Shown: one piece after another, positions 25,601 to 35,025 of the stretch
Position numbering within the stretch: the stretch's first letter is position 1
Layout: the number at the start of each line of letters is the position of its first letter
Position numbers and translations under genes: made by a program
Notes under the pieces: generated by a model
What the model was told of the DNA's origin: nothing
What the model saw: the letters and a program-made list of their open reading frames with translations, nothing else
The model's database searches: none
Source of the DNA: Macrostomum lignano
Lineage: Eukaryota
Direction: 5' to 3'
NCBI GenBank assembly: GCA_002269645.1
Contig: NIVC01002607.1
Coordinates: 11,967 to 75,966 of the forward strand
DNA: 64,000 nucleotides

Positions 25601-28600
25601 TATTTCGCCATCGCTAACGGTGACCGCTGCTTTTGCGAATCGGAACTACCTCCGGCGAAGTATAAAAGAAAACTCAACGAAAAATGTTCATATCGATGTC
25701 CGCGAAATGACAAGCAGTCATGCGGTGGTCCCGGGGGAATTGTGTATTTTAAACTGGAAATCACGAATACTCCTCCGGAATCAGGCAAGTGTTCGGTCAC
25801 GTCACCGCCTGTGCATGAGCTGATGCTGACTTGAATTCAAACCAATTTGATTCTTTTCCGTTAAAAGCCGTTTGCCCATTCGCTAATTCTCAATCGATCA
25901 GCCCCAATTCACCGTATGCTCACCTGCCTAAAATTCTCCCAAACATCTACAATGCCCTCAGCCATCGATTCACCCAGCTCTCTTACAATTCTCACAGCTA
26001 TCTGATATTCACCCAGCAGTATATAATCGCCCCAGCTGTCTACAGTTACTTAGCAATGAGGAAGTTTTGATCTCAGCTAAGAGCATCCAGCTTTTCTCCC
26101 TGGTTTCACTTCCATCTGACTTGAAAATCCGATCGAGCTGTTGTATAATGTTTTCTACTGAGTTCACCCATGACGTCACCTTTTCAGACAAAAAGAAGCA
26201 AGGAGCGAAGGTCTATCCAGCTATTCCTAGTGAGTTTACTATTTCCGTCTATTCTGATTCATCTTCTGTAGTTTAATATTTCTGCATGTTTTTATCAGCC
26301 ACAACACTTGCTTGTGCACTTGTTTTTACCTGCAATGCATTTGATTTCAAATGTTTTAGATTCCTCATTTGAATGTTACATCGATAAATATTTAGCTAAA
26401 CCCAAACTAAAATCTGATAATATGTCGCACCTTGTTTGCGCTACCGAGTGTGTGAGGCGTGATCTCTACGGCAGATTCAAATATTTCGCCATCGCTAACG
26501 GTGACCGCTGCTTTTGCGAATCGGAACTACCTCCGGCGAAGTATAAAAGAAAACTCAACGAAAAATGTTCATATCGATGTCCGCGAAATGACAAGCAGTC
26601 ATGCGGTGGTCCCGGGGGAATTGTGTATTTTAAACTGGAAATCACGAATACTCCTCCGGAATCAGGCAAGTGTTCGGTCACGTCACCGCCTGTGCATGAG
26701 CTGATGCTGACTTGAATTCAAACCAATTTGATTCTTTTCCGTTAAAAGCCATTTGCCCATTCGCTAATTCTCAATCGATCAGCCCCAATTCACCGTATGC
26801 TCACCTGCCTAAAATTCTCCCAAACATCTACAATGCCCTCAGCCATCGATTCACCCAGCTCTCTTACAATTCTCACAGCTATCTGATATTCACCCAGCAG
26901 TATATAATCGCCCCAGCTGTCTACAGTTACTTAGCAATGAGGAAGTTTTGATCTCAGCTAAGAGCATCCAGCTTTTCTCCCTGGTTTCACTTCCATCTGA
27001 CTTGAAAATCCGATCGAGCTGTTGTATAATGTTTTCTACTGAGTTCACCCATGACGTCACCTTTTCAGACAAAAAGAAGCAAGGAGCGAAGGTCTATCCA
27101 GCTATTCCTAGTGAGTTTACTATTTCCGTCTATTCTGATTCATCTTCTGTAGTTTAATATTTCTGCATGTTTTTATCAGCCACAACACTTGCTTGTGCAC
27201 TTGTTTTTACCTGCAATGCATTTGATTTCAAATGTTTTAGATTCCTCATTTGAATGTTACATCGATGAATATTTAGCTAAACCCAAACTAAAATCTGATA
27301 ATATGTCGCACCTCATTTGCGCTACCGAGTGTGTGAGGCGTGATCTCTACGGCAGATTCAAATATTTCGCCATCGCTAACGGTGACCGCTGCTTTTGCGA
27401 ATCGGAACTACCTCCGGCGAAGTATAAAAGAAAACTCAACGAAAAATGTTCATATCGATGTCCGCGAAATGACAAGCAGTCATGCGGTGGTCCCGGGGGA
27501 ATTGTGTATTTTAAACTGGAAATCACGAATACTCCTCCGGAATCAGGCAAGTGTTCGGTCACGTCACCGCCTGTGCATGAGCTGATGCTGACTTGAATTC
27601 AAACCAATTTGATTCTTTTCCGTTAAAAGCCGTTTGCCCATTCGCTAATTCTCAATCGATCAGCCCCAATTCACCGTATGCTCACCTGCCTAAAATTCTC
27701 CCAAGCATCTACAATGCCCTCAGCCATCGATTCACCCAGCTCTCCTAAGATATTCACCCAGCTATCTGATATTCACCCAGCAGTATAAAACTGCCCCAGC
27801 TGTCTACAGTTACTATGCAATGAGGATGTTTAGTCTTAGTCAGAACTGCTAAGAGCATCCAGCTTTTCTCCCTGGTCACGTCACCGCCTGTGCATGAGCT
27901 GGTGCTGACTTGAATGCAAACAAACCAATTCGATTCTTTTCCGTTAAGCCGTTTGCCAGTTCTCAATCGATCAGCCCCGATTCGCCCATCATTCCATTAA
28001 ACTTTGCACTTTAACTTGTGCTCATGCTCAGCTGCATTAATTATTTAACTGCCACTTTTCAGCTGAGTCTACTGCAGCTCCGACTAGCCAGGAGACTCAA
28101 AAAGGCAAAGGCGCTTCGGAAGATCCAGGTTGGACACCAGTCAGATTTTGAGTTGAATTACAAATTTCTTACTTCAGTAAAGCAACTTCACCCTGGTCTG
28201 TAATCTGTCACTATCGAATCCCTTATCTTGCCTTTCTGAGTGATCCTGCAGTTTTAGCGAGATCCGCATCATCTCCTGCGGCATTATCCCATGTCATTGT
28301 GCAACAATTCAATTCAAATTTACATACTGCAGGTCGGATTATCAACACATTTCAAACACCGTCCGGAGCCAATACGGCGCTACGTAGTACGGAAAAAAGC
28401 AGCACTTCAGAATCTCTAGCTTATTTTTAGATTAGCGATTATCCCTGCCTTCTGTTAGCCTTGATGAGCATTTCGACATTGAGCTGTCTACAATTTCCCT
28501 GCTGTCTACAATTCCCCAGCTGTCTACAATTCCCCAGCTGTCTACATTCCCCAGCTGTCTTTAATTGCCCTGCTGTCTACAATTCCCTCAATTGTCTAAA

Positions 28601-30982
28601 ATTCCCTAGCTGTCTACAATTCCCAAGCTGTCTAAAATTCCCCAACTGTCTTTAATTGCCCAGCTGTCTACAATTCCCCCAGTTGTCTAAAATTCCGTAG
28701 CTGTCTACAACTCCCCCAACTGTTTACAATTCCCCAACTGTCTATCATGCCCTCCAGCTGTCTACAATTCCCCAATATGAGGTCAAACGTTCACTCCATA
28801 AAAATTTGCACTTTAGCTTGTGCTCATGCTCAGCTGCATTCTTATATAACTGCCACTTTTCAGCTGGGACCACTACAGCTCCTGCAACCCAGAAGGACCT
28901 GAAAGGCAACAGCGCTTCGGAAGATTCAGGTGAGATTCCAGATCGGAAGTTGAATTACAAATTTCTTACTTCAGTAGAGTAACTTCACCCTGTCATGCGA
29001 TTCTCTTAGTTACTTCTAAGAAATGCCAAGTGCCACTGGATTTTCTCCTTGATTTCTCCTTGTCCACTGACCTGAAAATATTTTACGTATTTTCGAGAGG
29101 ACGTAAAATTAAAGATTGATTTTGCATTTTAGATGAAAAGAAGCAGGGAGCGAAGGTCTATCCAGCTATTTCGGGTGAGTTTGAGTTTGAGTGAGTTTGA
29201 GTTTCTATAAACCAAAAACGCTGACTTGTGCTCTTGTTCTCACCTGCTGTGAATTCAATTTTAACTGTTTTAGATTCTTCACCTGCATGCTACTTCTTTT
29301 ATGAGAGCGATTATCGGAATGATCATCCAGTACTAAAATCTAATAAGATGTCACACCTTATTTGCGCTACCGAGTGTGTGAGGCGTAATGTCAACGACAG
29401 GTACAAATATTTCGCCATCACTAACGGTAGCCGCTGCTACTGTAGATCGGAACTACCTCCAGCGATTTATAAATCTGGTGGCAAAAACTCGGATGTTTGT
29501 GGGCATCGATGTCAACAAAATTACAAGCAACCATGCGGTAGCCCAATAGGAATCGTGTATTCAAATCTGACCACATCAAATACTCCTCCTATAACAGGCA
29601 AGTGTGGCTCAGCCATCTTCCATTCACCCAGCTCTCTACGATATTCGCACACTGTTTGACATTCACCCAACAGTATAAAATTACCCCAACTGCTGGAGAT
29701 GTTTTGGTCTTGGTCAGAACTGCCAAGAGCTTCCAGCTTTTCTCCCTGATTTCATTTCCACCTGACCTGAAAATCTGTTTGAGCTGATGTGAAATGTTCT
29801 CTTCTAGAGTGCACCCACATATTTGTCCTTACAGATAAATACGAGCAGGGAGCGAAGGTCTATCCAGTTATTCCGGGTGAGTTCACTATTTGAGTTCACT
29901 CTGATTCCTCTTGTGCAGTTTAATATTTCTGCTGGTTTCTGTTACCAAAAACGCTTGCTTGTGCACTTGTTCTCACCTGCCATTCAACTAATTTCAACTG
30001 TTTTAGACTCTCCAGTTGGATGCTACCCGTACGATAATTCTATTTTTTTTCTACTTAAATCTAAATGGATGTCACACCTCATTTGCGCTACCGAGTGTGT
30101 GAAGCGTGATCTCTACGGCAGATTCAAATATTTCGCCATCACTAACGGTGACCGCTGCTTTTGTGAATCGGAACTACCTCCGGCGAGCGAAAAGATTTCC
30201 GTCAACGAACATTGTTCATATCGATGTCTACGAAATTTCAAGCAAATATGCGGTAGCGGTACGGGAATTGTGTATTTTAAGCTGGAAACCACGAATACTC
30301 CTCATAAATCAGGCAAGTGTTCGGTCACATCACCGCCTGTGCATGATCTGGTGCTGACTTGAATGCAATCCAATTTGATTCTTTTCCGTTAAAAGCCGTT
30401 TGCAATTCACGTAACAGTCTGAAATAACCTGACAGTAAGTTCAATACAGAAAAAAAGGTCAATTTGGAAAGGCTTGTACTGCCGAGTATTGCTGAATTCT
30501 GAACAAATCTACGGATTCTATGCAAGTTTTTGTTTGTCCGTTGATATGCAGGAAAAACTAAAGCGAGATCTGTCAGAGTCCAAGATTCGGAGAGATTTGG
30601 AGGGATTGTTTAAGATTTTAAGGAAACTGTAAGCTTAAGTGAATAAAAAATCAAAATCAAAATAAATAAATATTGCTCAGCTGTCTACAATTCCCTGGCT
30701 ATCTACAATTCCCTGGCTATCTACAATTCCCCAGCTGTCTACAATTCCCCAGCTGTCTACAATTCCCCAGCTGTCTACAATTCCCCAATCTGTGTGCAGA
30801 TATGCACTCCGCATTCCCTTGATGTCTGCACCCATTCCTCAACTGACTGTAAACATCCAGTTACCCTTTATGACAAATTTCAGACAACTGACACGGCTGC
30901 TCCGAGGCCAGTGGAGCGGTCCGGTGCTGCACAGAATCCGGCAGGTGACCCAAAGCGAACTGACAGCGTCTCGGCTCTTTGA
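7588..30982 (+). CDS. Multi-exon gene for a probably secreted tandem WSC-domain protein (10 WSC domains plus S/T/P/A-rich linkers; roughly 1500 aa if all exons are included)
   Basis: Signal-peptide exon followed by more than 30 exons, each with an AG acceptor, GT or GC donor, length divisible by 3 and an open phase-1 frame. WSC pattern (G)CY...C...C...YF....G..C.C...C...C.G...CG. No transmembrane exon found; the terminal exon is tentative. Confidence 0.85.
7758..8031 (+). CDS. Two 84-nt linker exons (7758-7841, 7948-8031; EPDAAPETKEDPPKDRSDWPSENQFHP) in a 190-bp tandem duplication
   Basis: Acceptor CCACTTTTCAG, open phase 1-1; donor GTCTGT is weak, so the 3' boundary is uncertain. Confidence 0.55.
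8170..19800. repeat. Intronic 18-19 bp minisatellite (CTGTCTACAATTCCCCAG) with higher-order repeats (2484-bp duplication; 673/1811-bp sub-spacing)
   Basis: Hundreds of unit variants between the 66-nt exon modules. Exon spacings 11794 to 14278, 13605 to 16089 and 14278 to 16762 are all 2484 bp. Confidence 0.92.
8624..19968 (+). CDS. Ten 66-nt linker exons (GTNAAPTSQDTSKVKTTLEDP-like) at 8624, 10038, 11794, 13605, 14278, 16089, 16762, 18008, 19100, 19903
   Basis: Each is CACTTTTCAG|66 nt|GTGAGA, phase 1-1 and stop-free. Diverged copies (19903, 28063, 28864) keep the exact 66-nt length. Confidence 0.75.
20364..20696 (+). CDS. WSC exon W1 (type A, GT donor)
   Basis: TTTTCAG|333 nt|GTAATT; GIGCY...MSHRVCALEC...YFGLANGDNCLC...CSYRCPGNHLQSCGG. 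Confidence 0.92.
20783..29876 (+). CDS. Eight 42-nt spacer exons (KFEQGAKVYPVIP-like) at 20783, 22672, 24426, 25307, 26188, 27069, 29133, 29835
   Basis: Each is YAG|42 nt|GTGAGT or GTAAGT, phase 1-1, placed 72-275 nt upstream of a WSC exon. Confidence 0.88.
21100..21402 (+). CDS. WSC exon W2 (type B, GC donor)
   Basis: CTTCAG|303 nt|GCAAGA; ECYDN...VCASECVRR...CFC...CSYRCPGNHNQSCGG. Confidence 0.88.
21505..22465. repeat. CTGTCTACAATTCCCCAG-family minisatellite (also 28480-28780, 30675-30790)
   Basis: Same unit as 8170-19800. Confidence 0.9.
22786..23094 (+). CDS. WSC exon W3 (divergent, GC donor)
   Basis: CATTTCAG|309 nt|GCAAGT; FETCARGC...YKYFFI...ECVCAPELP...CKGRCP...FCG. Confidence 0.85.
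23455..23945. repeat. 22-bp minisatellite (CAGAACAGTTCCCTCAGCATGT)
   Basis: Tandem array; short relics at ~8143, ~20060 and ~31790. Confidence 0.9.
24017..24334 (+). CDS. WSC exon W4 (type A, GT donor)
   Basis: TTGCAG|318 nt|GTAAGC; PIGCY...MSHRVCAFEC...CLCASELP...CSIRCP...SCGG. Confidence 0.92.
24595..24903 (+). CDS. WSC exon W5 (type B, GC donor, mosaic)
   Basis: CTTCAG|309 nt|GCAAGT. Confidence 0.9.
25479..25784 (+). CDS. WSC exon W6 (881-bp tandem unit)
   Basis: TTTTAG|306 nt|GCAAGT. Confidence 0.9.
26360..26665 (+). CDS. WSC exon W7 (881-bp tandem unit)
   Basis: TTTTAG|306 nt|GCAAGT; differs from W6 and W8 by E to K and I to V. Confidence 0.88.
27241..27546 (+). CDS. WSC exon W8 (881-bp tandem unit)
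   Basis: TTTTAG|306 nt|GCAAGT. Confidence 0.88.
28063..28929 (+). CDS. Two diverged 66-nt linker exons (28063-28128 ESTAAPTSQETQKGKGASEDP; 28864-28929 GTTTAPATQKDLKGNSASEDS)
   Basis: CACTTTTCAG acceptors, donors GTTGGA and GTGAGA, exact 66 nt, stop-free. Confidence 0.72.
29274..29597 (+). CDS. WSC exon W9 (GC donor)
   Basis: TTTTAG|324 nt|GCAAGT; PACY...ICATECVRR...CYC...CGHRCQQ...CGS. Confidence 0.88.
30007..30312 (+). CDS. WSC exon W10 (GC donor)
   Basis: TTTTAG|306 nt|GCAAGT; VGCY...ICATECVKR...CFC...CSYRCLR...CGS. Confidence 0.9.
30861..30982 (+). CDS. Candidate terminal exon of the WSC gene (TLYDKFQTTDTAAPRPVERSGAAQNPAGDPKRTDSVSAL*)
   Basis: CTGAC...CATCCAG acceptor in phase 1, TAAP motif like the linker exons, stop at 30980-30982, AATAAA at ~31405. 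It could instead be an 84-nt internal exon ending at 30944 (GTGACC). Confidence 0.4.
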
Positions 30983-32084
30983 TTTTCTAGCAAACATTTT
31001 CAATGGAATTTAGCTCAGTGTGATTACTGTAGGATTCATTTTCATACTGTAGGCACGTGCTTTTAAGCATGATGCATTGGAATTTAGCTCAGTGTATGAT
31101 TACTGTAGGATTCATTTCATACTGTAGGCATGTGCTTTTAAGCATGATGCATTTTGTAAGCCAGCCAGCATTTCAGTTCCTTGCCTGTAGCTATAGGGAA
31201 TAGGTTCCAAGCAGTGGCATTATTCTTATCAAATGTGATATATTGTAGCTCAGCCAATCGCTCTTTTCAGTTGAACTCAAATTTCAAGCTAACAAGTACG
31301 AGCGTATGTACATGTCCTTGAGTTCTTTTTCTTACGTAGCTCAGTAGCTCTGTCTGCTTGCAAAAGGTACTTTATTTGTATTTCAATGCGCATAGTCAAA
31401 ACCAATAAAATCTGCGTGCTCATTCACCAGCTTCTCCCTAAGTAATCTCTGTGTTTCTCTTAATAAGAAACTCAAACATAAAGCAAGAACTATATTGGGA
31501 ATTTTTAGGGAATTAATAGCAAAAACTGAGACTGATAATACTGAAGAATTATTTGAATTAAGCAGAGTGTCAAAATACTAGGTAAAAAGGTACACTTGTA
31601 TTCAATTTGTAATCTGCTTGAAATAGAATGATCATTGCATTGAATTCAGTGGGGTTGCAGCCTACTGGTAAACCTGTTGTTGAGACGTTACCGTAAGCAG
31701 AATCGCTAAAGAGTCATTGCTAAAAAAACTCACTAATGAATTTAGCGACTCTGTGTCTAAAATAGAAACGTCGCTAAAAGTCCCTCAGTTCCCTCAGCAT
31801 GTCAGAACACTTCCCTCAGCATGTAAGAACAGTTCATAGTGGTGTTCCTAGTGGTCCTTCTCTCCAATTTTTACTTTTCTATTGTTCTCGGTTCTCCCCA
31901 ATTATCCCCGATTCCCATTTCCTTTGTTCTCGACCCGAACCCCATTGTTCTCAATGTTTGCTTGCGCGACACTTTCTCGACCCTCCGCTGTGCTCATTAT
32001 CCTCCCACCCCACCTCCGGATTGCGCAATTTTCCCATTTCTCATGTTGCAATGGCATTCTTATGTTTCTCATCATGACTTATTC

Positions 32085-32163
32085 TGACGTCATTTCTCCG
32101 GCAGCCAATCAGAGAGAGGGAGTCATGGAAACGACCTTGGAGCGGCTGGGAAGGCTATTTAAG
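32085..32163 (+). promoter_or_regulatory. Promoter-like cluster: TGACGTCA, CCAAT, TATTTAAG
   Basis: CRE palindrome 32085, GCCAATCAG 32104, TATA-like 32156, in canonical order; the associated transcript is unknown. Confidence 0.3.
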
Positions 32164-32462
32164 GAAGCGTTTTTCGGCGTGACAACCCTTAAAAGTCTTC
32201 GTCTCTCTTCTCGTCCTTCTTTGGACTTGCTGTCAGACATTGATCTGACCCATTCGTCTATAAGACGAATCATTTCCGTCCGCGGTCTGATACCGCCAAG
32301 TTCCCTCAGATCCCTAAGTGAGCTCGTCTGCCGGCCAGCGGTCTGATACCGCCCAGCACCTTCAGCATCGCCTGAACTACATCAGCGCCTCGTCGCTTCA
32401 GCGCATCGCCGCTTCACTACCTGCCTGTCTGCAGCCAACAGCCGCCCACGGTCACTCCGTCG

Positions 32463-32468
<6 letters not shown>

Positions 32469-32546
<78 letters not shown>
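32469..32546. repeat. (CT)n microsatellite
   Basis: Pure CT run. Confidence 0.97.
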
Positions 32547-32550
<4 letters not shown>

Positions 32551-33689
32551 AGCTGCCAGTAAGTTCCTGTACTGATTTGTGCTCTAATTGCCTTTACTTA
32601 TCCGGGGTTTGCTTATTTCCCATTGCTTGATTAGAGAGCTGAGCCAATTGTGATACCGTATCTTTGCTGTATTTTACTCGATAGTGAAGCCGCCTGATTG
32701 CCTGTTTATTTTGCCTAGAGGGCCTAATTATTAACCATTACTAAAATCCTCATTATTCGCACTTTCACCGTCATTTCATTCATGGCTTGCTAAGCCTTTC
32801 TCCCTGGGTGGCAAAGCATAAGGAAGTTTGGGTAAGCTAATGGCCTCTCCCCGTGCAAAGAGAGGTCTGGTAGTGAGATCCAGGTGCGCCAGGTCACATA
32901 GAGTGGTGGCAGCCACTCGGTCATGCTATGAGCGAGTGACCAACTATTGCACCTTGGCTACAGGTAGGGTCCATGTGGGTCCTTGGCCCTCTGGTCACGA
33001 AAGCGCTACCAAAGCTATCAATCATGTGGGCGGGACAGTCTGGTGCTGGAGGTTCGTCAGGTCATTGCCCGGTCATAGGCAGCCTACGGTCATTGTCCCC
33101 TATGGTCATACGTTTGCCTCCAAGCGGAGCGGACGGGCACCAAGGTCTTGGCTGCTAGGGCTGGTCCTTGTTAATTCATTCCATCAATATAATCGTGCCG
33201 CTATCGCTATAAATGACTACTTTTAGTTTCAAGCACAGATATTAGATTAACTAGATGCGCCACTCAGCACATTTGCGTGTAAGCTACTGTCAGTTCAGTA
33301 GGAAGTTAAAGAGAAGCATTTTAATGTATTTTTAAAGCCAAGGCTCATTTATTGGCTCTTAGCCCCAGCTTAGATCCTGCAACTGCATTCCATTGCAAGA
33401 GCAAAATTATAGCTATATTTAAAATATTTATATACTTAAAACGCTTTTATCTATAATACAAGCTTAAAATTGGGTTATCTCTATATGCTGTTTTGTTTAT
33501 CTAATTAAATTAATATTCAGATACTGAGTATCTGATTGGTCAAGCACATTCTAGAAGTCTTTTTGCAACCAAAGGTTTGAAAAATCATTATTTGCAGTAC
33601 TTACTTGCATCACTTTGGATAACCACACATAGTCGGGAATGAGAATATAACATGCTAATACAGATTATTAATATAATTAGTAGATAACA

Positions 33690-33981
33690 GTAGATCCTCA
33701 GTTGCTGGGCCAGCCTCCCAGATCCTCAGTTGTTGATTGACCAGCCTCCCAGATCCTCAGTTGCTGGGCCAGCCTCCCAGATCCTCAGTTGTTGATTGAC
33801 CAGCCTCCCAGATACCCATTTGTTGATTAGCCAGCCTCCCAGATCCTCAGTTGTTGGTTGGCCAGCCTCCCAAATCCTCAGTTCCTGGGCCAGCCTCCCA
33901 AATCCTCAGTCGCTGGGCCAGCCTCCCAGATCCATAGTTGCTGAGCCAGCCTGCCAGATCCTCAGTTGCTGTGCCAGCCTT
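33690..33981. repeat. ~28-bp minisatellite, same family and orientation as 4129-4741
   Basis: CCTCCCAGATCCTCAGTTGCTGGGCCAG units ending at the LTR. Confidence 0.9.
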
Positions 33982-34560
33982 TGAAATTTGTTTGAAAAAC
34001 GCCAAGTCAATGAATTAGGGTAGTTTGAAACTAAGCTATATTTTAGCGGCAGCGCGCTCCTAGGGTCTTGTGTTCCTAAATGAAAAGATTCGAAGCTTAG
34101 CAAACAAAGGAGAGTACTGTATCGCGTCGCATAAACCATAGACTATTTTTGAAGTAAAATTCTATACTTTGCAGTAGTCATAGCAACACGCAACACCCCC
34201 ACCGATGCTTATACAGTGCAGTTCAAAGTTACGCCTCAAGCAATTCAGTAATAAGTCAATCGTTCCGGACGTCGCCTGACTCGCGTGCTCCTACGGAACT
34301 CGAGCACACCCTGTTCCTTGTGCCTAGGCGACTGCATTGCATGGCGCATTGGACTTGTGGTAGCACTGACTTGGCACGTAGTTGCATCAGTATCACGAGG
34401 GGTGATCCCAGACTGCTTCGAATCATCAATCGGTAGTTCCTCTGTACGAGCAGTAGCATCGGACTGGTGCACTAATCGTCCTTCTGCGTCTCGGAAAGTA
34501 TTTGTACCAACTGTAGACTTCAGCTCAGACGGGCCATGCATGATCTTCAGGATTATAGTA
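33982..34560 (-). mobile_element. Truncated 3' end of the same Gypsy family: 3' LTR (33982-34195), polypurine tract, integrase C-terminus
   Basis: LTR ~97% identical to 3917-4128. Minus-strand GGTGGGGG lies immediately before TGTTG. The ORF ends FRRSTRVRRRPERLTYY* (34245), a typical Gypsy integrase tail. Confidence 0.9.
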
Positions 34561-34830
34561 AGGGTCATAGCAGCGGGTCGATTAATAAAAAATGAAATCA
34601 ATAAAACAAAATTAATTGCAATAACAGTTGTTTGGAAAAATTCTCATTTAAATCGTCACTGGCCAGCTACTTCAAAAAGTTTTTTGAGCTGAGTGAGAGT
34701 TTATTTCTTGGTTATCTTCACAATTTTTCTACCAAAATGTGAATTAATTATTGACAGTTTTTAAAAAAAATGAGTACACATCTATTATCAAGTTCCGTTA
34801 TCTCGCTATCTCAAAGTACAACTGCAGTGT

Positions 34831-35025
34831 TCACTTGCTCAGCGTCACCAAGCTGCTCTTGTAGCGACTGTGGCTGCTGTGCTTCATCATAGCCTCCCTG
34901 GGCGGCACCTCGTATTTGCTGTCAACCCGAGCTCGCTCTTCAACGTTGTAAACCAATTGTTCGCGCCTGTCCAAGTAGAGCGAGTCATCGTGCTCGTGGT
35001 TTGGGATCATGCCGATTGCGGCGTT
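34831..35025 (-). CDS. Terminal coding exon (NAAIGMIPNHEHDD...SSLVTLSK*)
   Basis: CTAAC...CCCAG acceptor, 64 codons plus TGA, AATAAA ~125 nt downstream. Confidence 0.72.
   Translation of the reverse strand, partial: NAAIGMIPNHEHDDSLYLDRREQLVYNVEERARVDSKYEVPPREAMMKHSSHSRYKSSLVTLSK

Noticed and set aside
31005-31153. ~74-bp tandem duplication downstream of the WSC gene
   Set aside because: Real but a simple two-copy local duplication with no functional signal.
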